A stretch of DNA of 64,000 nucleotides. It comes from the human T2T-CHM13v2.0 reference genome, Homo sapiens. The stretch is from assembly GCF_009914755.1 (NCBI RefSeq), contig NC_060936.1. The stretch is one strand, 5' to 3'. Every line of letters starts with the position of its first letter. The stretch's first letter is position 1. Positions 52,438-64,000 of this stretch are shown piece after piece. The notes beneath the pieces are model-generated. The model saw only the letters and a program-made list of their open reading frames with translations. It was not told the DNA's origin and did not search any database. The translations under genes and the position numbers were made by a program.

Positions 52438-53949
52438 TAAGACAGTGTGAGAAAACCTTGGCATAGCAGGTGGGAAATGTCAATGTCGGTGTTGCCTTTT
52501 GTCAGTGGTTCATTGTGAAGCACTTTAAAAATTCACACATACCCCTCTACCTCATGGTCATAAGTAATAATAATAACTGTTATTGGAGACTTTCTCATGC
52601 TCCGGACACTGTACCAAACACCTTGCAGTACATGGACTGTAGGCATTAATTCTGGAAACAACCATATAGGCAGGTACAATTCGTTTAATGTCTGGCACAT
52701 TCCAGTTTAGAACAGTTAAATAACTTTATCCAAGGTTCAGGTCAATCAGATAGTTAAAAAAATGGAGCTATTTGTATCTATTGAATAGCAGCTCCTGAGC
52801 TCTTAAAAGCTACTCCACAATGTCTCTCTATAAAATATTGTCATTAACCTGTTTGAAATTGAACTAGTACATTTTCAGCCTTAAAATAGAAGAAAAAAAA
52901 ATTGTACAATCTGAATTAATTGAAACCAACTAATGATATCTCCCAGAAACATCTTTATAAAATAAATTGGCTTCTTTATAATTTAGTCTGCTAAAAAGAA
53001 ATAGACAGGGGACCAGTAGGTATTTCTAAAAAACAACAAATTTGAAATGTGTGAGAAACTTGGAGAGAAAGCTGTTTCCTGAAACAAGAATAAACTCCTA
53101 ATGCCCTGTTTTTGGAGGTCTTGCGCTGACACATGATGAAGCTCTTTTTAATTAACTGGATAGGAATTTAATATCTTCACATATGCAAGGCAAGTCGACT
53201 TGCCCAGGCAACAAGATACACCAAGCTTTGTATATTAGTTCTGCTCTTTTGGCTTCCAAGTGAACCTTCTAAGTCATGGGCATTAAGGCTGGGTCTTAAG
53301 TAATGGTTTTGTACTCAAGTGTTTCTTGGGAAAACTAGGATATGCTAACTAGTGGCAAAGAGTACAAAGTGACCTAGCAAATTAAAAATTATTAACAACA
53401 AGAATAAACCACAAGAGCCCAAGTTAAAACATCCAGAAGATTAATTTGCTGAATATCATGTTGTTTTCACTGAATGTGGCCAAAAAGATCTTCAGAGCGA
53501 TGGCAAAATAGGAAACTGACAATTAGGCATACCATGCAAATGCATATCTGTTTTTGCATAGTTTATCCAGAAACCATTTCCAAGATGCCTGAAATGTGAG
53601 TTTTGCCACTTTAATATAGTTGTAAGTGTGAAGGTATATTTTGAGACTCAGGGATATTTCTAAACTCTGATTTAGGATTTGTGGCTTTCTTAGTTGTCCC
53701 CTGAGTAGTCATGTTACCAAAACTGAGAACAGTTTTTCTATTATTTTTTTCTGATATTTTTATCCTAATATTTTGCACTTAGGATAAATATAACACCTCC
53801 TGCAAAATTTCTTAGTTGTATTGGTTATGCTAAAAATTGTTCAAAATTTTTCTTGACATTTTATTAGTGTTATTTCATCTGAGTACACAAACTTTGGGTC
53901 TCTTTATGAGATTAAACACCCTAAGAGCAATTGGTATAATTCCTATTTA

Positions 53950-54293
<344 letters not shown>

Positions 54294-55441
54294 GTATGGT
54301 TCTTGTTGCAAAAATACTTCAGGGCAGGAACTATTTTTCTGTTTGTATTTCCGTCTTCCATAATACTTAACATAGATTATTTCCCAGAGAAGACACTCTG
54401 TAAATTATTCTTCGAGTGGAATTTAATTTGTTTAATTACATTTTTAAAAAATATTTAACTTAATTATATATATCTCATTTTATAATTTTCATTTCCCCTT
54501 ATTCAACAAATATTTATTGAGCCTGTACTTTGTTTCAGAAATATCTTAACATTGTATTTCTTTTGAAACAATTTTTATGACCAAATGACAAAGAATAAAA
54601 TAATAGAATTTTACCATTAGAAGGAAAGTTGAGGATTACTATTCAACACATTAATTTTAGAGAAGATGAAGAAATTTTGCTAGGGTTTGAAAAAGTAAGT
54701 TTGCAAGAGCAAATAGCTGAGCTGAAGGGAAAATAGCTGGTTGGTGCAGAAGGGAATTAACACTAACAGCCAGAACTGTTGATTTTGCTGCCAGGACTTG
54801 CTCTGTCATGAGTTATTTTTAAAAATTTTAAGTATGGTTATAGATATGAAGTTCACAAGAATATGTCACGGTTTGTACCTGGAAATGGTTACTAGTCACT
54901 ACTTATCATAATAGTGCTACTTTAATTAAGAGAAATAAATCTGTATAAAAAATGTTCAAGATCACAGTCAAGAAACTTACAATTATTTGTACCTTTCAAT
55001 TCAATAATTCTATTTTAGGGAACTTATCCTAAGGGAACAGTCAGAGATATACACATAAAGGTTTGTATTGCTGGCTTTTAATCAAAATGTCCAATCATAA
55101 ATTATGATACACCTCTATGGTGGAATTATATGCAGTTTCAAAGGATGTGTAATTATGTGTCAAAATATACTTAGTATAATGTTAAGTTTTAAAAGGTACA
55201 TTGCATACGGTTTAATTCCAGTTTTGTAAATTGAAATCGGATGTGTGCAACAGTGCATTCCAACCTGAGGAAAGCAAACACATTTATAACTCTAGTTATT
55301 TCTGAGTATTACAATGATCAGTACTTTTATTTTCTTCTTTTTATTAATTTTTTGTATACCCAACTTTATAAAATAAACATATATGCATGTATAATAAGGG
55401 AAGAGAAAAGGAACATTATCTTTAAAAGAATACCTTCTATT

Positions 55442-56110
55442 AAAACAACAGATGCTGGAGAGGATGTGGAGAAATAGGAACGCTTTTACACTGTTGGTGG
55501 GAGTGTAAATTAGTTCAACCATTGTGGAAGACAGTGTGGCGATTCATCAAGGATATAGAACTAGAATTACCATTTGACCCAGCAATCCCATTACTGGGTA
55601 TATACCCAAAGGATTATAAATCATGCTACTATGAAGACACATGCACACGTATGTTTATTGCAGCACTATTCACAATAGCAAAGACTCGGAACCAACCCAA
55701 ATGTCCATCAATGATAGACTGGATTAAGAAAATGTGGCACATATACACCATGGAATACTATGCAGCCATAAAAAGGATGAGTTCATGTCCTTTGTAGGGA
55801 TACGGATGAAGCTGGAAACCATCATTCTCAGCAAGATATCACAAGGACAGAAAACCAAATACCGCATGTTCTCACTCACAGGTGGGAATTGAACAATGAG
55901 ATCACTTGGACACGGTGGGGGAATATCACACACCAGGGTCTATTGGGGTGTGGGGGCCTGGGGGAGGGATAGCATTAGGAGAAATACCTAAGGTAAATGA
56001 TGAGTTGATGGGTGCAGCAAACCAACATGGCACACGTACATCTATGTATCAAATCTGCATGTTGTGCCCATGTACCCTAGAACTTAGAGTATAATAAAAA
56101 ATAAAAATAA
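55442..56110 (+). mobile_element. 5'-truncated L1PA with 18-bp TSD
   Basis: TSD AAAAGAATACCTTCTATT at 55424-55441 and 56111-56128; TTT/AAAA site; ORF2 tail DPAIPLLGIYP. Confidence 0.95.
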
Positions 56111-57711
56111 AAAAGAATACCTTCTATTTGAGGTAGGAGCAGCAAATGGCCAAGCTAAACAGTCACCTACAAAAAAAAAGTTTGATTTCAGTGAAGCCAT
56201 AAACCACTACCCCCAAATCCCTGCATTTTAAACATTTAGTGATCATTTCACTACTGGACTTCCATTGTTATCTTTCCTATCTGAACTTTCCTGTCAGGTG
56301 AGGAAGGAGTACCCATGAGCCCTGAATGCTCCAAGGAGATAGTGGTCCTGGCAGCCTGGTCACCGGTGGGATAGAGCCCTACATGCTCCTGGCAAGGAAC
56401 TCCTCTGCTCTCCTTCCACACGTGCTCAGCCTTATCACCCTAACCTGCATTTGATACCATAAGGTGAATCCCACCATGCCCCTGCATCCTACCATGCTTC
56501 TGATCTCAAGTCGTCCCATATAATCTGGACTCTCATATGTAACTGATCCAGTCTGTCACACTCCTTCCAAATCCTTCCACTGCAGCCTAGGAAAGGCTGC
56601 TTGGTTAGCAGCAAATATCCTACATCATCAACCATCTTGCTTCATCAATATATACACCACCAATCATCAATGATTCCCTTCACTTATGTGCTTTAACTGG
56701 AACCTGGCTGATGTCTGGGACCACTCTCAGTAGTTCTTAGTAGAGAATGGCTGTTTTCTCTTCCATCCTCTACCATTGGACCTGAAATGTAAGTTACATT
56801 TCCTCTCTGTTTTTTACCATGACTTACAAAATATTGTCCTCCTCCTCTTCTTTTCTTTTCCTGTGAAGTTCATGCCATCAGAACACATCCTATCTTGGAC
56901 ATATATTTACTTACTGCCTTGCATTGTCAGCATCCAACCTGAGAAAGTAACAATGCTTCTAAAATGTGTATCAAGAGCTTACTCCTCCACTTAGGAGGAT
57001 TCTAAGTGGAGCCTCCTCCACTTAGAAGATTAGCCTGGTTTCAGGTCATAGAGCAGTACTGTGGCTGTAAAACAAATTCTGTCATTGGTACGTATTGTAA
57101 AATGAAATAAATATTCTCCCTAAGCACTGTTGAGATGGTTAGAAGAGAAAGAGGTTTAATTCAGAGTGGGCTGCTCATTTGACTGCTCTGTCCCAGGGGA
57201 TTAAGAAAAGAAACGAGCCGTCAACCAAGTAGGACAACTTCTGATGAGCCAAAGACCCCTATGGACCTTGGCATCTGCAGTGCCCTCCACAGTCCAGGCA
57301 CATGATAGGTCCCCTATAAATATTTATTTGCTAGCTTATTAATGGACTTTAATGCCATGCCACACATTCCAAACTAGTTTAGCCTATAAATTCCTCCAAC
57401 CTGACATTGCCCATTCAACAAATAATAAGTTAGCAAGTTATTTTATCTTTCGGCTTGAGTGGTTTACTGAAAGACTGGAATTTGTAGGGCCTGTACCATA
57501 GAAGAATACAAAACAGGTGTAACAAGTGCTAAAAAATAATTATGTTTATTTATAACTCCAAAAGTAAATTCTAGAGCTGGAACACACTCCAGTCATATAT
57601 GGCACTTTTATTTGAGTGGATGATCATTTTTACATCTTCTGGTTTCTCCTCTTTTCCTTTATTTATCTAGCTGCCTATGAGAATGGCCCCAAGCAACATT
57701 ATCACTCATTC

Positions 57712-58071
57712 TGTCTTAGTCAGTTTAGACTCCTATAGCAAAGTGCTATATAGAGTGGGTGGCTTCTTAACAATAGAAATTCATTTCTCACAGTTCTGGA
57801 GGATGAAAGTGTCTGATATCAAAATGCCAGCATGGTCGGGTTCTAATAAAGACTCTCTTCTAGGTTGCAGACTGCCAACTCCACATTGTATCCTCGCATG
57901 GCAGAGAGAGGGCTAGAGGGTCTCTTTTATAAGGGCACAATCTCTTTCATAAGGGCTCCACCCTCATGAACTAATCACACCCCCAAGGTCCCACCCCCTA
58001 ATACCATCATATTAGGGATTAGAATTTCAACATAAGAATGTTGGAGGGGCACAGACATTCAGTCCATAACA
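57712..58071 (-). mobile_element. MLT1A-like LTR
   Basis: tgtcttagtcagttt...tttctcacagttctggagg...ttcagtccataaca. Confidence 0.8.
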
Positions 58072-58595
58072 CATTACATGCAGTTCTTGGTTTCTTTCAG
58101 CAAGTATTTATCAAATGTCTTCTATATGCTGCGTACTGTGGTAGGTGCTGGAGATGCAACAATAACCAAGACTGATCATGTCCCTGACTTGCCTTCCTTC
58201 TACGGAAATTATAGAAAACTGCTTTACCTATTTTAAATCTATTTCATTCTGTTTTATTATAATAGAATTAGAATTGTGTAATAAAATAAAAATAATATTT
58301 TAATAGCAATTTAAAATTATTAAATCAGTTTCACGTTCAGCTTTTCATTCGATGCTCAAAGAAGCTCCAAGGATAGAAAGAAGGACTAGTTCTAATGCTA
58401 TTTTACAGGTGACAAAGACAAGATGCTGAAAATGTTCATGGCATTAGCAGGAGCCATTCCAAGGACTTCTAGAAACAGACTCACGTGGGTTGGGGGACCT
58501 GGAAACTGTCAGGGAGAGAAGGCAGGAGTCAGCATCTCGTGGTAAAATAGAGTTCAGACACACTGCTCATGATTGCTTTGGAAATTTCTTAGGCT

Positions 58596-58634
58596 GTTTT
58601 GTTTTGTTTTGTTTTGTTTTGTTTTGTTTTGTTT
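58596..58634. repeat. (GTTTT)n STR
   Basis: Direct reading of the sequence. Confidence 0.9.
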
Positions 58635-61600
58635 GCAATGGGCACATACTGTTGCAATAACTATTAACTGCCATCTTGAATCTTTTGTCTAGGGGTGTGT
58701 TGATCAAGTTCACCTTTGATGTTCTTCTTAAATGGATAACCTTCTCACAGGCATTTAGTGGGAAGGCCTCTTTCACAGCATAATCTACCCCTGGATTAGA
58801 CACCCTTGCAAGGAGAGAACATGATCATTGCCTGTAAAAGTTTACCAGTGTCACCTGAGGTACTGTTTATGCTCTCTGAGGACAAGCAATGTGTCTTCTT
58901 TCTATTAGCCTCCTCAAATGCTTCTAAAAGCATTTTCTTAAAGTGTATTATTGAAGAGGTCTCTTTAATATCAAATTTTGATAGTCAAACTATAAGAAAA
59001 ATTGTATTTGGAAATGATACCAGCACTCCAAGAACTAGATATCCAAAATAGAAGGAAAAGAGAAAGATACATAAAACAAAAGCCCAAGACTGGTTGTATT
59101 TATATCTGTATCTTTATTTTAGAAAGTGGATGGCCCAGCCCTGGACTTCCTAAATGATATCATTTAGGAAAATGTGTATAAACTCTGTTATCAGAGGAGT
59201 CAGAAATGGAAAACTGGAGAATACCTTTTATATTATTTGATCTGATCAGTCCCCTTTTTCTCTACAGTTAAAGTAGCTATATTTGTACCCCTTGTGGTTT
59301 CTAAATTCTGAAGAATTAAAAGAAATAGAAAAAAGCAAAGAAAAGGAGTGTCAACTTGGTCGAGGTAGGCATGTGTAAAAGTGAGAGCTATCTCTTCCAT
59401 TTTTTTTTAACTGTATCTAAGGTTGTACAAAAACTCAAACTAGGCAGATGGAGCCCAGGCTAACCTTGAATATTTCTTGCTTAATTTGACTATTTAAACT
59501 TTTTAATTTGTTCCTTTCTGTTCTACATCTTTTTTAAAAAGTAGAGTATTTTTAGATTAAAGAAATAACATATTTTGTGAGCAGGTGGGGAGCTAGAAAA
59601 TTCCAGTCACCAGGTGTCACACTATCAAACAGCACACCAGGTGTAAAAAGTGGAAAAATAACCTTCTAGGGTATCTGGGGAAAATTCCAAGAAAGGTCAG
59701 ACAGTGATTATTTTAACCTATGGCAGGCATTTTGCTTTAAAACTTGACAACAAAAAAACTTTGAGTATTAGGAAGATATGTGCTAATTAGGCACAGCTTC
59801 CAAATCCGGAAACAAGCACACAGGGAGCAAAGCAGAAGCAGTGGGCACCTATTTTCACCGTCTCTTGCTTTGGCTCACATTATTCCTCAGCATGCCTGGC
59901 TGGTCCATTCTTCACCCCCTGTGTAAATCCTGCATGCCCTTCAGGTGTCAGATAAAAGGCCATCAATTCCAGGAAGCTTTCTCTGGTTCGAGTCAATTCA
60001 ATAAATATTTATTGTTCACCAACACTGTGCCCGGAATTGAGGGATCAGCAGCAATGAAAAGAGACATTGGCCTCAAGTTGCTGAGGGTCTAATGGAAAGA
60101 GAGACCCTACATATCCGACAAATATTGATTGAGTGCTCAGTGTAGGCCAGGCACTATTCTAGTAATACCCAGTAATCTAGGTAAGCATCAAAGCTCAATT
60201 CTGAGAAAAACAGACAATTGTAACATATATGTATACATACATATACATATGTAATATGTATAAATGTGAAATTACACAAATTATATATGTATGTCAATTT
60301 GTGTAAATTATAAGCAGACAAATAGTATCACAATTGATTATAAATACAATTAGAATTAATAAAATAATAATAAACCTTTCAAAGTAATTAATTTGTAACT
60401 TACAAAACACTTCATATCAGTATCTTACTTGATACCCAGAACAGCCCCATGGGATGAGAAGGACACTTCGTTTCTCAGTGAAGGTGTTTTAGAGATGACA
60501 AAGCTGAGAAGGGAGCAAGTGGGGTAAACTTATAAACACATAAACTGGAAGGATAAATTTAAAAATCCAAGAAAGGAGTAACATCTAACAGGAAGAGAGG
60601 AAGTAGAATGGGATGGGAAATGGGAACAAATGTGACTTCAAATTTACCTTTGGTTTTCCAGTTCTTATATTTAAACAAAATCTGAAGCAGAGAAGGAAAA
60701 ACATAAACTTTAGTTGTTATTGTGATGAATAAATAGTCCTTCCTATATTAGACTCTACTTTTCAAAATCGTATCAAAATAACAAAGAAGAAAAACATATA
60801 ACAAAAAAGAAATTAATAGTATTTTGAAAATACACCTTCCTCTTTGTTTTTACAACATATTGTAAAAATCAAGAGTGATTATAGAATTGGAAGTTCTAGC
60901 CTGGCTGGTAGCAATAAGCATCTAATACACTGTCCTTTTTTTTTCTTTTCTTATTTCTTTCCTTTTCTCTGTCTCCTCTTCTTTATCCCCCTACACGCAA
61001 TTAAATTATTGTTTTGTATAACAATTGGAGTAAGCTGTTTATACATCTTCTTCCATTAATAGATCATGAGCATCCTGAAGGCAGGGGTCCTGTCTCAGCC
61101 ACATCTGTATATTCAGAGACTGGCACCATGCCTGGTTAATAGGTATGTGATTTGTGTTTGTTGCAAAACACACCTATGCAGAACACAAACAGGGGACTTA
61201 ATCCTAAGCAGTATTAGCAGAGTCTGTTTTATTTTTCCCCGACAGTGACCTGTTTTTTCATTAGCATCCAGAAATGAATTAATAATTTTTCATTAAAAAA
61301 AAAACCGCCACCACTCAGGATCAAGCTCATGACGTCTTTAAAGTGTGACTGTTGAATCACAAATCCTCCTGAACTTGTAAGCAAGATTTGGTTGCATTAT
61401 ATACTTGGAGAAAATGAGGACTTGGTATTGATTTTTCCCCGATTCAAAGAGAGTGCAGGTGTTTAAGCACTTATGAAATTGATTGACTCCCCTCTAGAAG
61501 GCAATTGATAATAAGTTTAAGCTTTGGAGTGAGGCTGTAAAAGGTTTGATTATATTAACAATACTAATAGTCATGGGTTCATAAATCTTAAGAGAAAGCA

Positions 61601-62409
61601 TGCATGTGTCACATATAATGCATGAAAAAGTTGTTCTTTTATCATGGATAACTCTCTTTTGTGTGGAGACCCAGTTGATCAGCTATTCCATTATTTGAAT
61701 AAGTATCTGATGTCTTGTTTTCTTTCAAGAAGGCAGGTGCAGGATGAAGCAGGAAACCTGCCAAGAAAGATGATAAATTACCATTTGGTGCTAGCGACCA
61801 GAGCTCTACAAGTACAGGGCTGCCAGGAACTGTGAGGGAGAGTAACCACAAACAAGGAGGGAAATGACTTCTGATGACAACTTCAGAGATGTTTACTTTT
61901 TGTCTTCATTATCTTTGTAGTGTTTTAAGGATCTCTGTTCATTTTGTAACCTACAAAATGAAGTGCTATTTTAAAACAATCATATACTGGCTCAAAATAT
62001 TCTATTACATCTGCTGAGGTCAAATTTAAAAATTAGAGTTTAGAGGGAGCTGTTCAGAGGAAGGAAGCGGATGACGTAAGTAGACAAATGACATAAAGCA
62101 GAGGTGAAATGTGGCTGCAGCTTCATTTGAGGGAGCACCTGGGCTCAACTCGGAGGAAGCACTCTGCCCCAGATCAATCGCATTGACAGGGCCATACTCA
62201 TATTGTGTTTCATCCCCTAAAACTCAGAAGAATAAAAAGAATAACAACAGTCATGATCATAATAATGGTTTTTGGAACCAGTCTATTTCATTAATATCCC
62301 CTGCCTTCAGGTTGACTGTTCTGTTATCAATCACAAATTTATCAATCAGTGTTTAATATTCATCAGTGACTCTATTGGAATCACCACTGGCAATGGACTA
62401 TTCTAAATT

Positions 62410-63100
62410 TATCAAATTCAACAAGAATTTCTTGAGCCCCTAAAATGTACCTGGCACCCAGCGGGGTGCTTGGGATATAAAGATAAGATAGAAGACCCAG
62501 TCCCTCCCCTCAAACTCATGCTCTAGTGGAGAGGGACAAATCCAGTGCTGTGTGCTCAGTACTATGGTAAGGATGCAACGGGTGTCACAGGAGAGACTCA
62601 CCTGAGGAGCCAGGAAGTGCAGGAAAGGGCTTCTAGGAGTGGTGACATCTGAAATGGCAAAGGATGGAGGAGAGGGATATTCAAGGCACTGGGGAAAGAA
62701 TGAGCTAGAGATGTAGACTTGAATAACACAGCCGTTTACAACCTTCCAGCTTTGTGTCTAGAACTCAGGATGAACATGTGTATGGTAATATATGAATAGA
62801 ATGAGTCTCAGAGTTTATACTACAAAGGATTCTGGGTTTCAGACTAATGAGTTTGGAATTTATTTTGACACTAATGGGAAGTCCCTAAAGAATTTTGAGC
62901 AGGGGAGCCATATGATCAAATAGCATTGGCAGCAAATACTTACAGTACAACATAGTGGACACTGTGCTGAAAACATGACCTAAGTACTACAGAAATGCAG
63001 AAAAGGAGGGGGGTAAGGCTGTGCTTCCAGAGGAAGCCACATGTGAGATGAGTTTGAGAGGATCAGGAGGAGTTTACAGGCACAAAGGGAATGGAGAGCA
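62410..63100 (-). mobile_element. L2 fragments
   Basis: ttcaacaagaatttcttgagcccc...tccctcccctcaa...attttgagcagggga. Confidence 0.55.
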
Positions 63101-63119
63101 TTTCTACTAGATGGAAGTA

Positions 63120-63193
63120 GGTGGGGGAAGGGAAGGAAGTAAGGAGGGAAGGAAGGAAGAAAGGAAGGAAGGAAGGGAGGGAGGGAGGGAGGA
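63120..63193. repeat. (GGAA)n/(GGGA)n polypurine tract
   Basis: Direct reading of the sequence. Confidence 0.9.
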
Positions 63194-63349
63194 AAATTGT
63201 AAACACACTTCAATAAAACTGTGAAAATCTAAAGAAAACCTTAATTTGATTTAGATGATGTAGACTTGATTTACATTTTTATTATTGATTTTTTTCCCAA
63301 AGATATTTATTTTTATTTTTATTTTTATTTTTTTAAGATTTGATCAATA

Positions 63350-63573
63350 TTTTATTTTATTTATTTATTTATTTATTTTATTATTATTATACTTTAAGTT
63401 TTAGGGTACATGTGCACAATGTGCAGGTTAGTTACATATGTATACATGTGCCATGCTGGTGTGCTGCACCCATTAACTCGTCATTTAGCATTAGGTATAT
63501 CTCCTAATGCTATCCCTCCCCCCTCCCCCTACCCCACAACAGTCCCCAGAGTGTGATGTTCCCCTTCCTGTGT
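63350..63573 (-). mobile_element. Young L1PA 3'UTR fragment
   Basis: atactttaagttttagggtacatgtgcacaa...; (TTTA)n tail. Confidence 0.92.
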
Positions 63574-64000
63574 GATTTTTTGTTTTTAATGATCTAAAAC
63601 ATCTAGGTCTTAAAAAGTGAAAAACATCCAAAATATGTCAGATTGATAAAGGAGTTGTAATCTGTTCTCTCTTTATCAAAATATAACATGATACCTTTCT
63701 TCAGTTATGATAATATCAGAATGGGATAATTTTGACAGTTTCCCAAAACAAGGTAGGAAAGAATTATGAAATACAGGACAAAACCAATAATCCAGAAATG
63801 TGAATTATATGATTTGCTTTGCCAGGGGCAAAGCAGTAATTCTGGGAATTTTTTTCACAGCTCCAAAATAGCAGGACAGCACCTTGTTATGTATCAGGCA
63901 ACAGCTGTGTGACTTTTTGCAAGCCACAGTGACCCCTGTAAAGTGGGGCATGGGAGGCCTCCTCTGGATTTCAGGTTTAGCACCTACCTACCCAAGGTGT

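Noticed and set aside
59580-59650. Three CAGGTG / T-box-like motifs
   Set aside because: Short motifs with no supporting evidence; compatible with chance

Overview
AT-rich, CpG-poor primate (very probably human) intergenic or intronic DNA made mostly of interspersed repeats (Alu, L1, MIR, L2, MLT, MER). I find no credible cellular protein-coding exon; the longer ORFs are L1 ORF2, HERV-H or Alu read-throughs. The centrepiece is a minus-strand HERV-H provirus (14904-21345) with LTR7-type LTRs, a tRNA-His PBS and a 5-bp TSD (ATGTT). Its architecture is abnormal: a 552-bp copy of the host DNA upstream of the 5' LTR (21346-21901) sits between PPT+TGTC and the 3' LTR (15358-15909). This gives 1-kb direct repeats, three TSD copies and a potential host-extended U3. 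Other notable items are an orphan L1-mobilised polyadenylated sequence with a 16-bp TSD (3414-3963), a 72-nt hairpin with a perfect 22-bp stem (34692-34763), and several rearranged L1s, one with an LTR-like filler at a twin-priming junction. Repeat subfamily names come from recalled consensus sequences, not a database search. All alignments and counts were done by eye.
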